Notes: generated from the sequence alone by a model not told the origin. 64,000 nucleotides of DNA from Chiloscyllium plagiosum (GCF_004010195.1 NC_057719.1:86206056-86270055); one strand, 5' to 3'; shown: positions 25,879 through 40,267, numbered from the stretch's first letter. Numbers and translations: made by a program.

Positions 25879-26203
25879 ATTACAAAATAATACTAACCCT
25901 AACAAATGGCAAATTTTGTTTTTTTATAGGCACCTATTCTCAGCATCACCTTCTGTAAAGTTTGCAATAAACTGTCTTACGTTTTTCCCAACAAAGTCCC
26001 AGAATTCCTACTCAACTGATGATATATTTCCATTTCCCAGTTTGCCTCTCTGACAAATGTGGTTGATAAGATCACAATTTAACGTTAATTTATGCAGTGG
26101 GGTTCCACACTTGTTAGAGACTTAACCAAAACCTCAATTTCTTTAGTCATCCAACATTCCCTATACCTACCAGCCTTTCTTTTCACCCCAACAGGAAAGT
26201 ATA

Positions 26204-28241
26204 TTCCTGTTAAGGTGAAAGGAAAGGCTGGTCAGTATAGGGAATGCTGGATGACTAAAGAAATTGAGGTTTTGGTTAAGATAAAGAAGGAACCATATAT
26301 CAGGTATAGACAGGATAGATCAAGTGAATCCTTAGAAGAGTGTAAAGACAGTAGGAGTATACTTAAGAGAGAAATCAGGAGGGCAAAAGGGGACATGAGA
26401 TAGCTTTGGCAAATAGAGTTAAGGAGAATCCAAAGGGTTTTTACAAATACATTAAGGACAAAAGGGTAACTAGGGAGAGAATAGGGCCCCTCAAAGATCA
26501 GCAAGGCGGCCTTTGTGTGGAGCCGCAGAAAATAGGAGAGATACTAAACAACTATTTTGCATCAGTATTTACTGTGGAAAAGGACATGGAAAACATAGAA
26601 TGTAGGGAAATAGATCTTGAAAAATGTCCATATTACAGAGGAGGAAGTGCAGAATGTCTTGAAACGCATAAAAGTGGATAAATCCCCAGGACCTTATCAG
26701 GTGTACCCTAGAACGCTGTGGGAAGCTAGGGAAGTGAATGCTGGGCCTCTTGCTGAGATATTTGTATCATTGATAGTCACAGGTGTGGTGCGAGAAGACT
26801 GGAGGTTGGCTAACATGGTGCCACTGTTTAAGAAGGGTGGTAAGGACAAGCCACGGAACTATAAACCAATGAGCCTGACGTTGGTGGCGGGCAAGTTGTT
26901 GGAAGGAATCCTGAGGGACAGGATGTACATGTATTTGGAAAGGCAAGGACTGATTAGGGATAGCCAACATGGCTTTGTGCGTGAGAAATCATGTCTCACA
27001 AACTTGATTGAGTTTTTTGAAGAAGTAACAAAGAGGACTGATGAGGGCAGAACGGTGGACGTCATCTATATGGACTTCAGTAAAGCATTCGACAAGGTTC
27101 CCCATGGGAAACTGGTTAGCAAGGTTAGATCTCATGGAATACAGGAAGAACTAGCCATTTGGATACAGAACTGGCTCAAAGGTAGAAGACAGAGGGTGGT
27201 GGTGGAGTGTTGTTTTTCAGACTGGAGGCCTGTGATCAGTGGAGTGCCACAAGGATCGGTGCTGGTTCCACTACTTTTTGTCATTTATATAAATGATTGG
27301 GATGTGAACATAAGAGGTATAGTTAGTAAGTTTGCAGATGACACCAAAATTGGAGGTGTAGTGGACAGCGAAGATGGTTATCACAGAGTACAATGGGATC
27401 TTGATCAGATGGGCCAATGGACTGAGAAGTGGCAGATGGAGTTTAATTTAGATAAATGTGAGGTGCTGCATTTTAGGAAAGCAAATCTTAGCAGGACTTA
27501 TACACTTAATGGTAACGTCCTCCAGAGTTTTAATGAACAAAGAGACCTTGGAGGGCAGGTTCATAGCTCCTTGAAAGTGGAGTCGCAGGTAGATGGTATA
27601 GTGAAAAAGGCATTCAGTATGTTTTCCTTTCCTGGTCAGAGTATTGAGTATAGGAGTTGGGGGGTCATGTTGCATTTGTACAGGACATTGGTTAGGCCAT
27701 TATTGGAATACTGTGTGCAATTCTGGTCTCCTTCCTATCGGAAAGATGTTGTGAAACTTGAAATGGTTCAGAAAAGATATACAAGGATGTTGCCAGGGTT
27801 GGAGGATTTCAGCTTTAGGGAGAAGTTGAGTAGGCTGGGGCTGTTTTCCTTGGAGTGTCAGGGGCTGAGGAGCGACCTTATAGAGGTTTACAAAATCATG
27901 AGGGGCATGGATAGGATAAATAAAGTCTTTTCCCTGGGATGGGGGAGTCCAGAACTAGAGGGCATAGGTTTAGGGTGAGAGGGGAAAGATATTAAAGAGG
28001 CCTAACGGGCAACTTTTTCATGCAGAGGGTGGTACGTGTATGGAATGAGCTACCAGAGGAAGTGGTGAAGGCTAGTACAATTGCAACCTTTAAAAGGCAT
28101 CTGGATGGATATTTAATAGGAAAGGTTTGAAGGGATATGGGCCAGGTGTTGGCAGGTGGGACCAGATTGGGTTGGGATATCTGGTCGGCATGGACGAGTT
28201 GGACTGAAGGATCTGTTTCCGTGCTGCACATCTCTATGACT
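26204..28241 (+). mobile_element. CR1/HER1 LINE, 5'-truncated ORF2 (RT) + 3'UTR, with 5' foldback at 26121-26197
   Basis: 453-aa ORF 26617-27978: KSPGP, YMDFSKAFDKV, GVPQGSVL, KFADDTK, YCVQFWSP; CR1 tail. Confidence 0.95.
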
Positions 28242-28519
28242 GAAGTAATGAGTAATCTCCTCTGTTAGCTGCCCATATTCATATTGAGCACGACACTTGC
28301 AGGCAGCTAACAGAGGAAATGCTCTTCTCATTATTTTGTGTTGATTGTGAACTCAGTCCATATGGGGACAAAAGCAGAGTTCAGCCCAGTGCAGTACTTC
28401 GCCATGATTTATTAGTTTCTACTGTTGATCATTGTGTTTAAATCAATGTTGGAACTATCTTTTCTCTAATCCAAAAAATGTTCCACTAAATTGCAGGATT
28501 AAACTAACTGGATACTTAC

Positions 28520-28594
28520 ACTATCGAGGGTTACAGAAACACGAAGAACCTGCTCACCATCAAACCGCTGTAATGTTCTGAGATAGTACCATTG
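28520..28594 (-). CDS. GANC: GANC coding exon
   Basis: QWYYLRTLQRFDGEQVLRVSVTLDS; 75 nt, phase 0 to 0; pyrimidine tract + AAG acceptor, GTAAGT donor. Confidence 0.88.
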
Positions 28595-30652
28595 CTTCAG
28601 GAAAAAGCAAAAGCAAACAGAAGCTGTGACAAAAATAATGTTGCAGTTAACAAAAACAAATTCAATACAAAATCATGGGCCAAGCTACAGTAGGAGGAGG
28701 ACAAAAGTTGTTAATAAACAGGACCTGGAAAAAGAACTTGGAAGCTGTGAAGAGGTGATGGGAAGATGACTGAAGGTGTGGTGGAACAATCAAAGGAGTT
28801 TGGAGGTGACGTGGCAAAGTATAAATTTGGTGACTGAGGATGAGCTTGACAAGGTGGAGGAGGTGGGTGAAGAGATGGTGATAGCGAAGATGAAATTGAA
28901 AATGCAGGTCTTTAAGTAGGTGAGCAAAGATGGGGTTGATAAGATGGGTTTTGAGGCTGGTATTTTGTGCCATCTTGTCTTAACTCCTCAAAATCCTGTA
29001 TAGGTTCTTGGAGTGTGGTGCTGGGAACGCAAACAAGAGGAAGTTCAAGTGATGAAAAGAAAAAAATAACAGGGTTGGGAAGACATAACAGGTGACTTAC
29101 ACTTGGCACATAGGTTATGATATTTCATATGCATATCTTTCATCAGACCATCATATCCAAGACATCCCAATTTAGCTCTTCACTTGACCAGAGCTGACTG
29201 ATCAAAGCGGATGCCCTGGATATTGAGCTACACATTACTGGTAAAAATATTAGTAGGATATTTGCAAAAATTTAGTGATAGCTGGATTTAGATGGCATTG
29301 ATAACCTGGGTTTGGGTTATTGTGGCAACTAAGATTTCAATATGATGAGCAGAAATTCGATGCTCATCATCAGTTGGAAGTGAACTGCCTGTTATTTTGA
29401 TATCAGCACAACATAAATTTCCTGGAAAATCATATCTACATGCTGCCTGAAATAATCTTGAAAAGGACTGCTATAGTTTACCAACAGGATCATAACTTTC
29501 TAAAATACAAACATTTTCTGTAGATCAATGGTGCAGCAGTAATTTTCCTGGCTCTCGATTAAAATCACTGGTCACTGTGGTCCAACATTTATCTTACGTC
29601 TCAGTTCCCCCAAATTCACTGTCATACTTGTAGACTGCTTCTTCTTTCCAATTGTGCACCCCACCCCCCACAACAATCATTCTCTTCTCTTCCTTGAGCA
29701 TGAATGTCCATCACCTTGTGGTAGTCTAGGTCCATGTATTCTTGCAAAGAACTGGATTTATGTGTTTTGTTGTTTAATATAGTTTTGGTTTGTGGATCTG
29801 ATTCCGGGCTTTTAAGATCAGGAATAAACAGATGCTTAAGTCTTCACACTGCTGCTGAGTAACTGGATTATGAGCTCTTACTCTTGGATGCCTGAACTCC
29901 TGCCCTGAACAGTATTCCTTCAAAGTCCTGTGGACTGATCCCTGAAGCTGAGTAGGTAGTCCTGAGCTGCACCAGACATTTGGTCTCAACAGTTTGAGTT
30001 CAGCAGGCTGCAGAAACCAACTGAGCTTCCCAATGAAGAATGACGAAAAACTGGGATTAGGAGTGTGATTGGAGGGGATTGCAGTACATAGTTGGAAAAG
30101 GAGCGAATCAGGAACAGGACAATTAACCAGAATTGGAGATTTGGGGGCAATTGAGACATGGAAGAAGTAATGCACAATTGTGACTTCAACAACCAAACAT
30201 TTTAACATGGAGCCAACAGAATTACTGCTACAACCTTTGAACTCGACAGAAAAATTTTAAGAATTTTATATTCTTGTCGGTGGCCTACAGCAGTCCTTTT
30301 GAGGACTATAGGTTAGGCAGCATGTGGAATAATTGGCACTTCCCTTCCAGCTGGTGATCAGCATCCTGACTTCCTGCTCAACATAGTAGAATCTAATGTT
30401 CAATCAACAGTAGGAGTGCCTTTAAGCAATCTTCGAGCTTCCCCCAAAATATCCTCTTTGGTATCAGCCCAGCAAGATATCAGTAATGGGGAAGGAGAAA
30501 GCAATAAATGAGATTAGGAAAGACAACGTCTGACATTACAAAAACAAGTATTCTTCAGTCATGAAAATAATTGAAGTTTAGTCATTTCCACTTGACTTAT
30601 AGAATAACAAAATGTGAAACATTGTATCACATGAGCAATTAAAACAAGTTGT

Positions 30653-30958
30653 GGCAGCACGGTGGCTCAGCAGTTAGCACTGCTGCCTCACAGCACCAGG
30701 GACCCAGGTTCGATCCCAGCCTCGGGCGATTGTCTGTGTGGAGTTTGCACATTCTACCCGTGTCTGCGTGGGTTTCCTCCGGGTGCTCCGGTTTCCTCCC
30801 ACAGTCCAAAGTTGTGTAGGTCAAGTGAATTGGCCATGCTAAATTGCCCATTAGTCAGAGGGAAATGGGTCTGGGTGGATTACTCTTCGGAGGGTCGGTG
30901 TGGACTTGTTGGGCTCAAGGGCCTGTTTCCATTCCGTAGGGTATCTAATCTAATCTAA
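30653..30958 (+). mobile_element. HE1-type SINE
   Basis: Head, core, tail and (TCTAA)n. Confidence 0.88.
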
Positions 30959-31194
30959 TAGCATAGACATAGTTCAAGAAAAACTAGATAAATACCTGCG
31001 GATTAAAAAAATAGCAAAGTGCGCTGATGGGGTTAGATGAAAGGGGTAGAAAGAGGCTCATATCTCCCATAAATACTAGTTGTACCGAATGTCCTTTTCT
31101 TTTCTATTCATTCCATTTAATTCATTAACATATTTATACAGCAGGCTTAGAAGTAATGTTTACTTTTAGACACACTGGTTATTTGTCTACTCAC

Positions 31195-31271
31195 CTCTCC
31201 TTTCCCAGGAAGTAACACAATCACTTCTGTGATTCCAGCTTCGGTCACTGGACACACCAGCAAGGCTTCTC
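31195..31271 (-). CDS. GANC: GANC coding exon
   Basis: GEALLVCPVTEAGITEVIVLLPGKGE; 77 nt, phase 1 to 0; GTGAGT donor. Confidence 0.93.
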
Positions 31272-31760
31272 CTATAGATGACCAGAACAATATATCAATC
31301 CACATGTGGTTACTGAATTTATCAAAGATTATCCAGTTTGTGTTGTGCTATTGTATTTTTGAGAACTTCCTTCACCACAATCAGAGGGATGTAAATGGGT
31401 CATTTTTACAGGGGATGATCAGAATGAGAAGACCTTTAACTGGGCTTAAATTGGAAAATGTTTCCAGCAGAAAAGTCAAAAATTCACAAGCATCGTCTCT
31501 ATCAGTGGGAAAAACTCTGTCTACTTTTAACAGTGAAGATGATAACGTTTTGGGAATGATGATCTCTCTTTTAAAAAAAAACTCAAGTTTGTTTAATTTT
31601 TGAAGCACATTACCTGGATAATTTTTAAGCAAAGATACTCTGCTCAGTAAACTGGGTAAGTAAAATCTATTGACTAACAATGCAATATCCATGGATAAAG
31701 CTATATACATTAATAGTTGTCAATGCAAGTGCCTATATCAGAATAGTGTTATCACGTCTT

Positions 31761-32013
31761 AGAATCATAAAATCTCTACAGTGCAGAAAGAGGTCATTCA
31801 GCCCATTGAGTCTGCACTGACCCTTTGAACGTCATCCCATTCAGATCCACCTAACCAACACATGTCTGGAGTGTGGGAGGAAACCCAGAGCACCTAACAG
31901 AAACCCACACAGATGGGAGAACGTGCAAACTCCACACAGACACCTGCGGCTGGAACTGAGGCTAGGTCCTGGCACTGGTAGACAGCAGTGCTAACCATTG
32001 AGCCACCATGCCC
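31761..32013 (-). mobile_element. HE1-type SINE (old)
   Basis: GCAAACTCCACACAGAC...GCAGTGCTAACCATTGAGCCACC. Confidence 0.8.
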
Positions 32014-33644
32014 ACCTTAAAGCTGCTGTTCAGACATAATATGAGAGCAACCACTTTTCAGCATGATGGATAAGTAAATATGTTTTGCAGCATATTTGGC
32101 ACTGTTGAATACCATCTATCTATTCATGCTGTTAATACTTCAACTTTTAGATTACCTATTTATATTACTGGAACATTTTCTCAGCCTGTTTTATAATGGT
32201 TATTTTTAATTTGTTCACTTTCCTACTGTTCAGGCCACTTCAAAACTTGTACTTTGACCTGGTCTAGAGAAGACAAGTGTCTGAGACACGTTCTCAGACC
32301 TGGCCTGAGATACATTCTCAGCCAAAGTACCTTTACAAACTGCAGAAATTACAAGAAATCAGAGGGAGATATTTGCTATCTTTCTATCTTTGTCAGGGAG
32401 TCCTTGTTTTGATCCTATCCCGATGGTATGGTTATAATCAGGAGTTAGATATGGGGCAACTATGGGCACAAACTGTTATTGAATTTGTCACAACGCTGGG
32501 CTCTTCCACCATAGCCCTCCAAAACATCTCCTTTTCAAATATGCAATAGATTTTCTTTGAAAATTACAATTGATTTTGCAACTACTACCTACCAACTCAC
32601 TGCATGAAAAAATTCTTCCTTGGATTTTTGTCAATAACCTCATTTTTTTTTCCACCTGGTTATTAATGATAAACATTTCTCCCCATTAAACCTCCCCCCT
32701 CCCACATTTAATTCCAAACCACTATTAAATCTTCTCTTAACCATACGTAGGATCAGGAGTAGTTCTTTAAGCCAATGAGCTAATGGTTAATTTGTATTTT
32801 AATCCCATCCATTCATCTTGGCCCCCAATCTTCATTACTTTTGTCTCACCAAAGTTTATTAATCTCAAAGCTGAGACTGTCAAATGACTTTCTGCCCGAA
32901 CAGTTATTTTGGGAGGAGACCTCTATGACTGTTAGCTTTAAGAAAATTGGCCTTACATTACCCTGAACTGACTAGCTCTAATTTTAAGGTTATGCACTTT
33001 CCTTTAGCCTCCACCACCAGAGAAAAATACTTCTCTTGCACTCTATTTCCTTACTACTGACAGTCATATTCTTCAGTTTCTCTTTCTGTGCTTTCCTCTG
33101 ACATACAACTACCCAGGAAAAAACTATTCAGAATTTCCTCCCTTATGCCCTCAAAGTATCTCAAACTCATATTCCAGTTCCAAGCAAACAAGAATCTTAT
33201 TTATCTGAGTCTTACCACAAAACTAAAATCACAACATCCTCTGAATCCTCTTGACACTTTTCCTGACTGTGGTGCCCAGAATAGGTCACAATAAACTAGG
33301 CGATTCCATTAATTTTATGACATGCATTGTAATACTTTTCTTTTTATCTCCTATGACTCTACTTGCAAAACCATGGATCCTGTATGCATTCGAATAGCCT
33401 ACTTGGCTTGTCCTACAAGCTTCAAATATTTGCACGCGTGAACTCTCAGATCTCTTCATTCTTGCACTCCCAATAAAATTGCACCATTCAAACTGCTCTG
33501 CATTAACTTTCATCTGCAATGTGCATGTTTGTTTCACAGCTGTATCTTAAAGTCCAATACTGTTCTCAGAATTTAAAGCTCAGCCTGGTCACATATTATC
33601 TGTGCAACTGACAACTGGTGTTGTCACAGACTGTTATACTGTAC

Positions 33645-33709
33645 CTATCATGAATTCATCATCAACTGCAAATGTGTTGACCTCCTCAGGAAAATTCACC
33701 CATAAAGGT
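33645..33709 (-). CDS. GANC: GANC coding exon
   Basis: (R)PLWVNFPEEVNTFAVDDEFMI(G); 65 nt, phase 2 to 1. Confidence 0.93.
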
Positions 33710-34385
33710 CTGTGAAGGAAAATGCCACAAATCACTTACTGTGGTCATAAAGGAACAGGATTCACTGAGTTTGAAGAAAATTGATGAGATCTTATATTTG
33801 ACATGCGAGTGTTTAAAGCTAGGTACTAAAGTAAAGAACAAAATCCATTTACACAGCCAGTAAAGAATCTCTACTCAGGTCAAAATATCATATGCTAAAA
33901 GCATTGTGTTTGAGACACAAATTGTCGGCTTCCAGCATCTCACATGTGGATTGTCATTTTGTAATTCACTGCCAAAATAATTTCAAGAAGAAAGCAAGCC
34001 AAGTATACATCAAAAGAGGGGTTTGAGCGATATGTTGAGAGTCATCCATTAATCAATGTTTTAAGTGAAAACTCCCTGGTTAACAGGGGGCTATTGGGCA
34101 TTCAGCGAGGTCAATCCAACAGCAAAGGAAAATGACCATGAGAACTGCTAGTACCCAAGGAACAGGTACACCAGAAATTCAACACTTCCAGATAAAAGGA
34201 GGAAGGAAGAATTGGGAAGCAGTTCCTCAGTCACCATTCTGGGATGCCAGAAGCTATCATAACTACTTTAGCCTGTTTCGAACCTCTCATCTTGTAATTC
34301 ATTTAATTAAGCACTCGGTAGCTCACCAGGAGCCAACAAACATCATACACTTATTGAAAATATGAATGGAGTGGGTGCTGTTTAC

Positions 34386-34629
34386 CTGATTACTGGCTCT
34401 GCCTTGGTATGGGCCATGTAGAAGAGAGTGTACCAGAATGGCAACAAGGCATATCGCTCTCTAATTGTTTCCCGGATAATCTTAGTGTTGTCCTCTCCAA
34501 ACAACCAAGGCTCTCGTCGCTTTGTCTCTGTATGGGAATGGTTCCTGAAGAAAGGTTGGTATGCAGCAGCCTGGTACCAGCGAACAAGGAGTTCTGGCTC
34601 AGGATTCTGTGCAAATCCACCAATGTCAG
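34386..34629 (-). CDS. GANC: GANC coding exon
   Basis: [32 protein letters not shown]...RREPWLFGE...[10 protein letters not shown]...EPVI(R); 244 nt, phase 1 to 2. Confidence 0.97.
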
Positions 34630-34949
34630 CTGAAGAAATAAAACATTTTTTAAACATTTATTGAAAGTCAGAAGGCAGAACAAAGAGTCTGACATCTTAT
34701 ATAGTGAGTATTCTCTCTCTTGCACGGAAATTTCAACAGACACAATTCTCTGAAAAGCCACAAGATGGGAGGTTTAGAAATCACTGCCATGTTAGGACTT
34801 ATGAAAATGAACTTATCACAATTAACATTATACAGAAGTAGATTATGATTAAGCATGTGATTTTCCTCCTCCACTCATAGAGTCATGAATGGGTCAATGG
34901 GACATGGAAGACAATTTATCAACTGAAACATTTGGTAATACAAACATAG

Positions 34950-37752
34950 AAACCTAGAATATAGGAGCAGGAATAGGCCATTTGGTATTTCAAACCTGCT
35001 CCACCATTCTGTATGATCATGGTTGATCATCAGACTCAGTACCTGGTTCTCACTTTCTCTCCATATCTTTTCACCCCCTTAGAAGTAACTTTTTTGAAAG
35101 ATTTCAATGTTTCAGCCTCATTGGTTTCCTGTAGCAGAGAATTCCACAGGGTCACTACTCTCTGAGTGAAGAAATTCCCCCTCATCTCTGTCCTAAAAGG
35201 CCTATGCTTATCTGTAGACTGTAATCCCTGGTTCTAGATTCCCTGGTCATTGAGACATGGAACAAATATTTGAAGTCTTCCAAAACCTCAGACCTAGTGA
35301 CCTATATCCTACGGATCTAAAACGATAGGTGGCAAGACAGTGGATGCTCTGGCTTTGATTGTCTGAAATTCATTAGATTCTGGAAATGGTCCCAGCAGAT
35401 GGGAAATCAGCAAATCTAACACCAATATTCAAGAGGGAGAGAGAAAACAGCAAACTGCTGTGCAGTTAGACTGACATCAGTCATCAGGCAAGTGTGGGAA
35501 TCGACCATTAAGAAAATCTTCACAATGGACACAGAAATTAGTGTATGATGTGGCAAAGGGCAACATGGTTTTACGAAAAGAGAAATTATGTTTGATAAAT
35601 GTATTACAATTATTTTAAAGATGTAACTACGAGGGAAGATAAAGTGGAACCAGTAGAATACATGGATTTCCAACGGACTTCAATAATGAGCCTCACAAAA
35701 AATATAGGCAAGATATGGACTCATGGAGTTTGGTGTTCTAAATATAATCAACATACGCGTGAATCAGGATCTGGAGGAGGGCAATCAGCCCCTTGAACCT
35801 GTACCACCATTTAGTAACATCATGGCTAATCTGATTGTAATTTCAAATTCAAATTCATGCCTATCCTTGATAATCTTTCACCCCTTAGCTTAACAAGAAT
35901 CTATCTACGTCTGCCTTAAAGATATTCAAGGCTAGTTAAGAAAGGTCGTAAGGAAAAGCCAAGGAATTGTAGACCGGTGAGTCTGACATTGGTGGTGGGC
36001 AAGTTGTTAGAAGGAATCATGAGGGACAGGAATTACATGTATTTGGAAAGGCAAGGACTGATTAGAGATAGTCAACATTGCTTTGTGCGTGGGAAATCGT
36101 GTTTCATTAACTTGACTGATTTTTTTGAAGAAGTAACAAGAGAAGTGATGAAGGCAGAGTAGTGGACGTGATCTATATGGACTTCAGTAAGGTGTTTGAC
36201 ATGGTTCCTGATGGAAGACTGGTTAGCAAAGTTAAGTCACTTGGAATAGAGGAAGAACTGGCCATTTGAATAAAGAACTGGCTTTAAGGTAGAAAATAGA
36301 GCATGGTGGTAGAGGCTTCTTTCCAGACTAGAGGCCTGTGACCAGAGGTGTGCACAAAGACCAATGCTGGGTCCACTGCTTTTTGTCATTTAGTTAAATG
36401 ATTTTGATGTGAACACAGGAGGTATGATTAGTAATTTTGCAAATGACACCAAACTGGTTAGCGAAGAAGGTTATCTCAGAGTTGAACGGGATCTTGATCA
36501 GATAGGCCAATGGGTCAATGAGTGGCATTTGAGTTTAATTTAGGTTAATTGAAGGTGCTGCATTTTGGAAATGCAAATCAGGCAGGATTTATACACTTGA
36601 TGGTACGATCTTGGGTAGAGTTGCTGAACAAAGAGACCTTGGAGTGCAGGTTTATAGTTCCTTGAAAGTGGAGTCACAGGTAGATACCATAGTGAGGAAG
36701 GCATTTGTTTTGTTTGCCTTTATTGGTCAGAGCATTAAGTATAGGAGTTGGGAGGTCAAGTTGTGACTGTACAGTACATTGGTTAGGCAACTACTGGAAT
36801 ACTGCATGCAAGTCTGGTCTCCTTATAGGAACAAGTTTGTGAAAGTTGAAAGAGTTCAGAAAAGATTTACAAGAGCGTTGCCAGGGTTAAAGGATTTGAG
36901 CTATAGGAGAGGCTAAATAAACTGGGGCTATTTTCCCTGGAGCATCGGAGTCTGAGGGGCAACCTTATAGAAGTTTCCTGAACAGTGAAGGTTTCCTGAA
37001 TTGTCCTCCAGGATGAGAAGATTGCTCTATGATGAAAGGCTGAGCAAAATAATTTTCTGGAATTTAGAACAATGAGCGGTGATCACACTGAAACATACAT
37101 AATTCTGAATGGGCTTAATAAAGTAAACACTGAAAGGCTGCTTCTGCTGGCTAAGGAATGTAGAACATGGGGGCACAGTCTCAGGATAAAAAAGTCAGTC
37201 AGGACTGAGAAAATGCTGTGAATTCTTTAAATTCTTTATGCTAACAGGTTATGGATGCTCCATCAAGTCAATACATTTAAACATAGAATCCCTGCTGTGC
37301 AGAAAGAGGCCATTCAGCCCACTGAGTCTGCACTGAAGAGCATCTACTCAAACCTAGCCCCCTACCCTATCCTAGCAACCCTGCATCTTTACCATAGCTA
37401 AGCCACCTAGCCTGTACAACACTGCACACTATGGAGCAATTTATCATGGCCAATCCACTTAGCCTGCACATCTTTGGACTGTGGGAGCACCCAGAGGAAA
37501 GCCACACACACATGGGGAAAATGTGCAAACTCTACACAGTCACCAAAGGCCAGAATTAAATCCGGGTCCTTGGCACTGTGAGGCGGCAGTGCTAAACATT
37601 GAACCACCATGTCAAGAGTTTTGGTGTCTCAGAGATTTAAGGGAAATAAGGAGAGGGTAGGAAAGTGGAGTTGAAGTACAAGATCAGCTATGATCATACT
37701 GAAAGGTAGACCAGGCTTGGTAGGCCACATGGTCCACTCCTGCTCCAAACTC
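34950..37752. mobile_element. Cluster of nested CR1 fragments: minus 3' ends ~34950-35250 and ~35765-35930, plus-strand RT ~35290-35730 and ~35930-36975, 3' end ~36985-37752
   Basis: RT motifs (SLTLVVGKLLEG, MDFSK, FANDTK) and CR1 tails. Confidence 0.82.
37282..37612 (-). mobile_element. HE1-type SINE (old), inside a CR1 3' end
   Basis: Reverse-complement head and core motifs. Confidence 0.8.
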
Positions 37753-37776
37753 TTGTTTTCATGAGTTGACTCTTAC

Positions 37777-37878
37777 CTCCACAGAAGGAGATTCCAGTTA
37801 TACTGAGATTAAGTAGCATCGGGATTGAGATTTTAAGGTAACTCCATTCAGCTACATTGTCTCCTGTCCATACAGCTC
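37777..37878 (-). CDS. GANC: GANC exon with catalytic acid/base
   Basis: [39 protein letters not shown] motif; 102 nt, phase 1 to 1. Confidence 0.97.
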
Positions 37879-38464
37879 CTAATAAACAGCATAAACTTGG
37901 AATGAGAAAGCAGTAAAGCAGGAAAGAATAATCTTTTTCTTTGCGCACATTTCATTTAATTTCTTTTGGGCAATTCACTCTTTCTGCTGTTCACTTCCAC
38001 AGGTCAGTCATTCTCTGGCACTTTAACAAAGAGAGCTTCCTTTCAATATGAACTTTGATGGTGAATATTAGGAAGCTCTTTCACAATAGTGAACATTACA
38101 AGCCAGCCTCATCCCGTCCATAAAGGGCATCTACCAAGGGTCATTTGTCCAGTGATAAAAAGCTTGGTGATTTTGCCCTCTGTCACCCAGTGGCACAGGC
38201 CAAGTGTAGCATCCTAACACCCTAAATGATAAAAGCTTGGGTAAGAATCTGATCAACTGGAACGTCAAAAGGGAGATGGCTTTGTGGTTGGTGTAATCAC
38301 CATAGCTTTACAAAGTGACCACATATGGAGACAGTCAGCATTTTGAATCAGGTATTGAAACTGGGATCAGAAATGCAATCAGTAGCATTAAGCTATGGGT
38401 TGCATTATTGATTTGTTCTCTATTTCTGCCTCTCAATTCATCCTTCACAATCCCAGCTCAAACT

Positions 38465-39005
38465 TGTTAAGATTACTACAATGGCTCAATTTAGTTTTAA
38501 AAAGGTTATTTTGTCCTTTTTTTTGGAAGAGAGGTCATAAAGGTAGAGGTGCGAGGAGTCTAGTTTAACAATATGAGGGGAGTGGCCAGTTCTCCTAGTT
38601 CAGTTTTTTCTAGTTTGTTTATAGCTGTAACAGTCACAAAATGTGTGATTCCAGGGGAGTTGCAAGCTTCAGTAAAGAACTCTGCTGACTTTCTTCTGAA
38701 ATCTCTCTTTGGATGTGTTCATTCCTGCCTGTAGGAACCTGTATGAATTTACATTTCTGCCAAGGAGTGTGTTTATGGGATGTAACTGGATTGGAACAGT
38801 TAATTAGTTAAGTAGCGGTATCAGGTCAGTTTTCCAATTGTTGTTATTCTAAATTCTGTTTTCTTCTGTTTGCGTTTCAACTGCAGTGTTTAAATAAATT
38901 CTATTTTGCTTAAAGCCGAGTTGTCGACCAATTGGAACACCCACTTCACATCTGCCTTTAAAATACAAAAAACGTAGGGTCTAGGCTACCTTCTCAAAAT
39001 ATTTT
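38465..39005 (+). mobile_element. Possible solo LTR
   Basis: Starts TGTTAAG; T-rich body, AATAAA at ~38893; no clear TSD or 3' CA found. Confidence 0.35.
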
Positions 39006-40170
39006 AAAAACAGAGATCAAAATAAAAGCTATCATGGTCCAATGAGTCAGGCCTATTGATCCATCAGGTCTCATCATGCCGCCTTAGGACTTGGTAAAAT
39101 TTCTCCTTCATTCACCTTGAATGTCTTGGAAAGAGGCACACAACCTCAGCTCAGCACTGAGAAAGAGTTGATGCATTGTGCAGAAACAGGAAATTTTGTG
39201 CCAGCAACAAATTTCCAAAGAAACAATAAAATTTGAATTGAACTGAGAAAGGTTGAGTGACTCTTGAAAGCTACAAGGATTATATAATATTTGTGCCTAC
39301 GTGATCGCAGTTCTCAAGCTGGATCTCTAAAGAAGTTTGCTTATTCCATCTGAAGCTTAAAATAGCACAGGTGATCACAGATAGAGCAGCATATCTCCAT
39401 GGTCAGCAGAAGTCCATGTGAATAGCTAAAACTGCTTAGCTGTCCCAAGCTGCTTGGATTCTGCCATTCTTGCCAGAGTGAAATGGACATTTCTAACTCT
39501 GCTGAGCTAAGATTCAGACTTTTATGCCAGACATTCCCACTTTAATACTGTTATTCCAACAGTTCAGAAAAAAGCCACCAAATGGAACAAACATACTGTT
39601 ACATATTCGGACAGCGTAGAGATGAGCTTCCATAAGGATTTTTGTATTATCAACCATAACATTTGGAGAATTCAGCAGAGATTCACTGCCAGTGTACACT
39701 AGATAAACCACATCCAGGTTTCTTTCCAGCCCACAGCCTTTCTCTACATTACTGAAAGATTCAGCACACTCACAGGTTCATACCTAAAACAAAAACTGAA
39801 AATGCTGGAGAAACCCAGTAGGTCCGACAGCATCTGTAGAGAGAAAAACAGAGTTAACATTTCAAGTCCAATTGAAGATAGCTGTATTATGCTGATGACA
39901 GGGTGAGGTGGGGTTGGGGATGGGGAGAGTGGGGATCGTGTACACAGTACATGAGAATGGTGCCCAGAGGGAAAGAGATAACAAAAGAGAGATAGGCAAA
40001 CAAAGCGATTGCTGCTGATGAGTTAAGAGAGAGAGAGACAGAGAGAAATACTTGGTACGGTGCAAAGAAAACGTGTATGGCTTAAAATGGATTGGCTGTG
40101 CTGGGAGTTACCCATCCAAAATAGGACCTAGCCACATTAGCCTTAATCCTGTCAGCTCCTGACCACTTAC

Positions 40171-40267
40171 CATATCTCTGTGAACCAGCAAAGAAGGAGC
40201 GAGTCAAGACAAATGGCCTCTCCATTCCTCTAGATCGACGAATCAGACCTTCAGCTGTTGCCCATTG
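40171..40267 (-). CDS. GANC: GANC coding exon
   Basis: [32 protein letters not shown](G); 97 nt, phase 0 to 1. Confidence 0.96.

Noticed and set aside
26617..27978. 453-aa ORF as a host gene
   Set aside because: It is CR1 reverse transcriptase in a truncated copy with flanking stops and frameshifts and no EN domain.
29101..29175. Possible duplicated/alternative 75-nt exon (AGT|GTAAGT donor, same length as exon 28520-28594)
   Set aside because: In-frame TGA at codon 11, no pyrimidine tract at the acceptor, no similarity to GH31.
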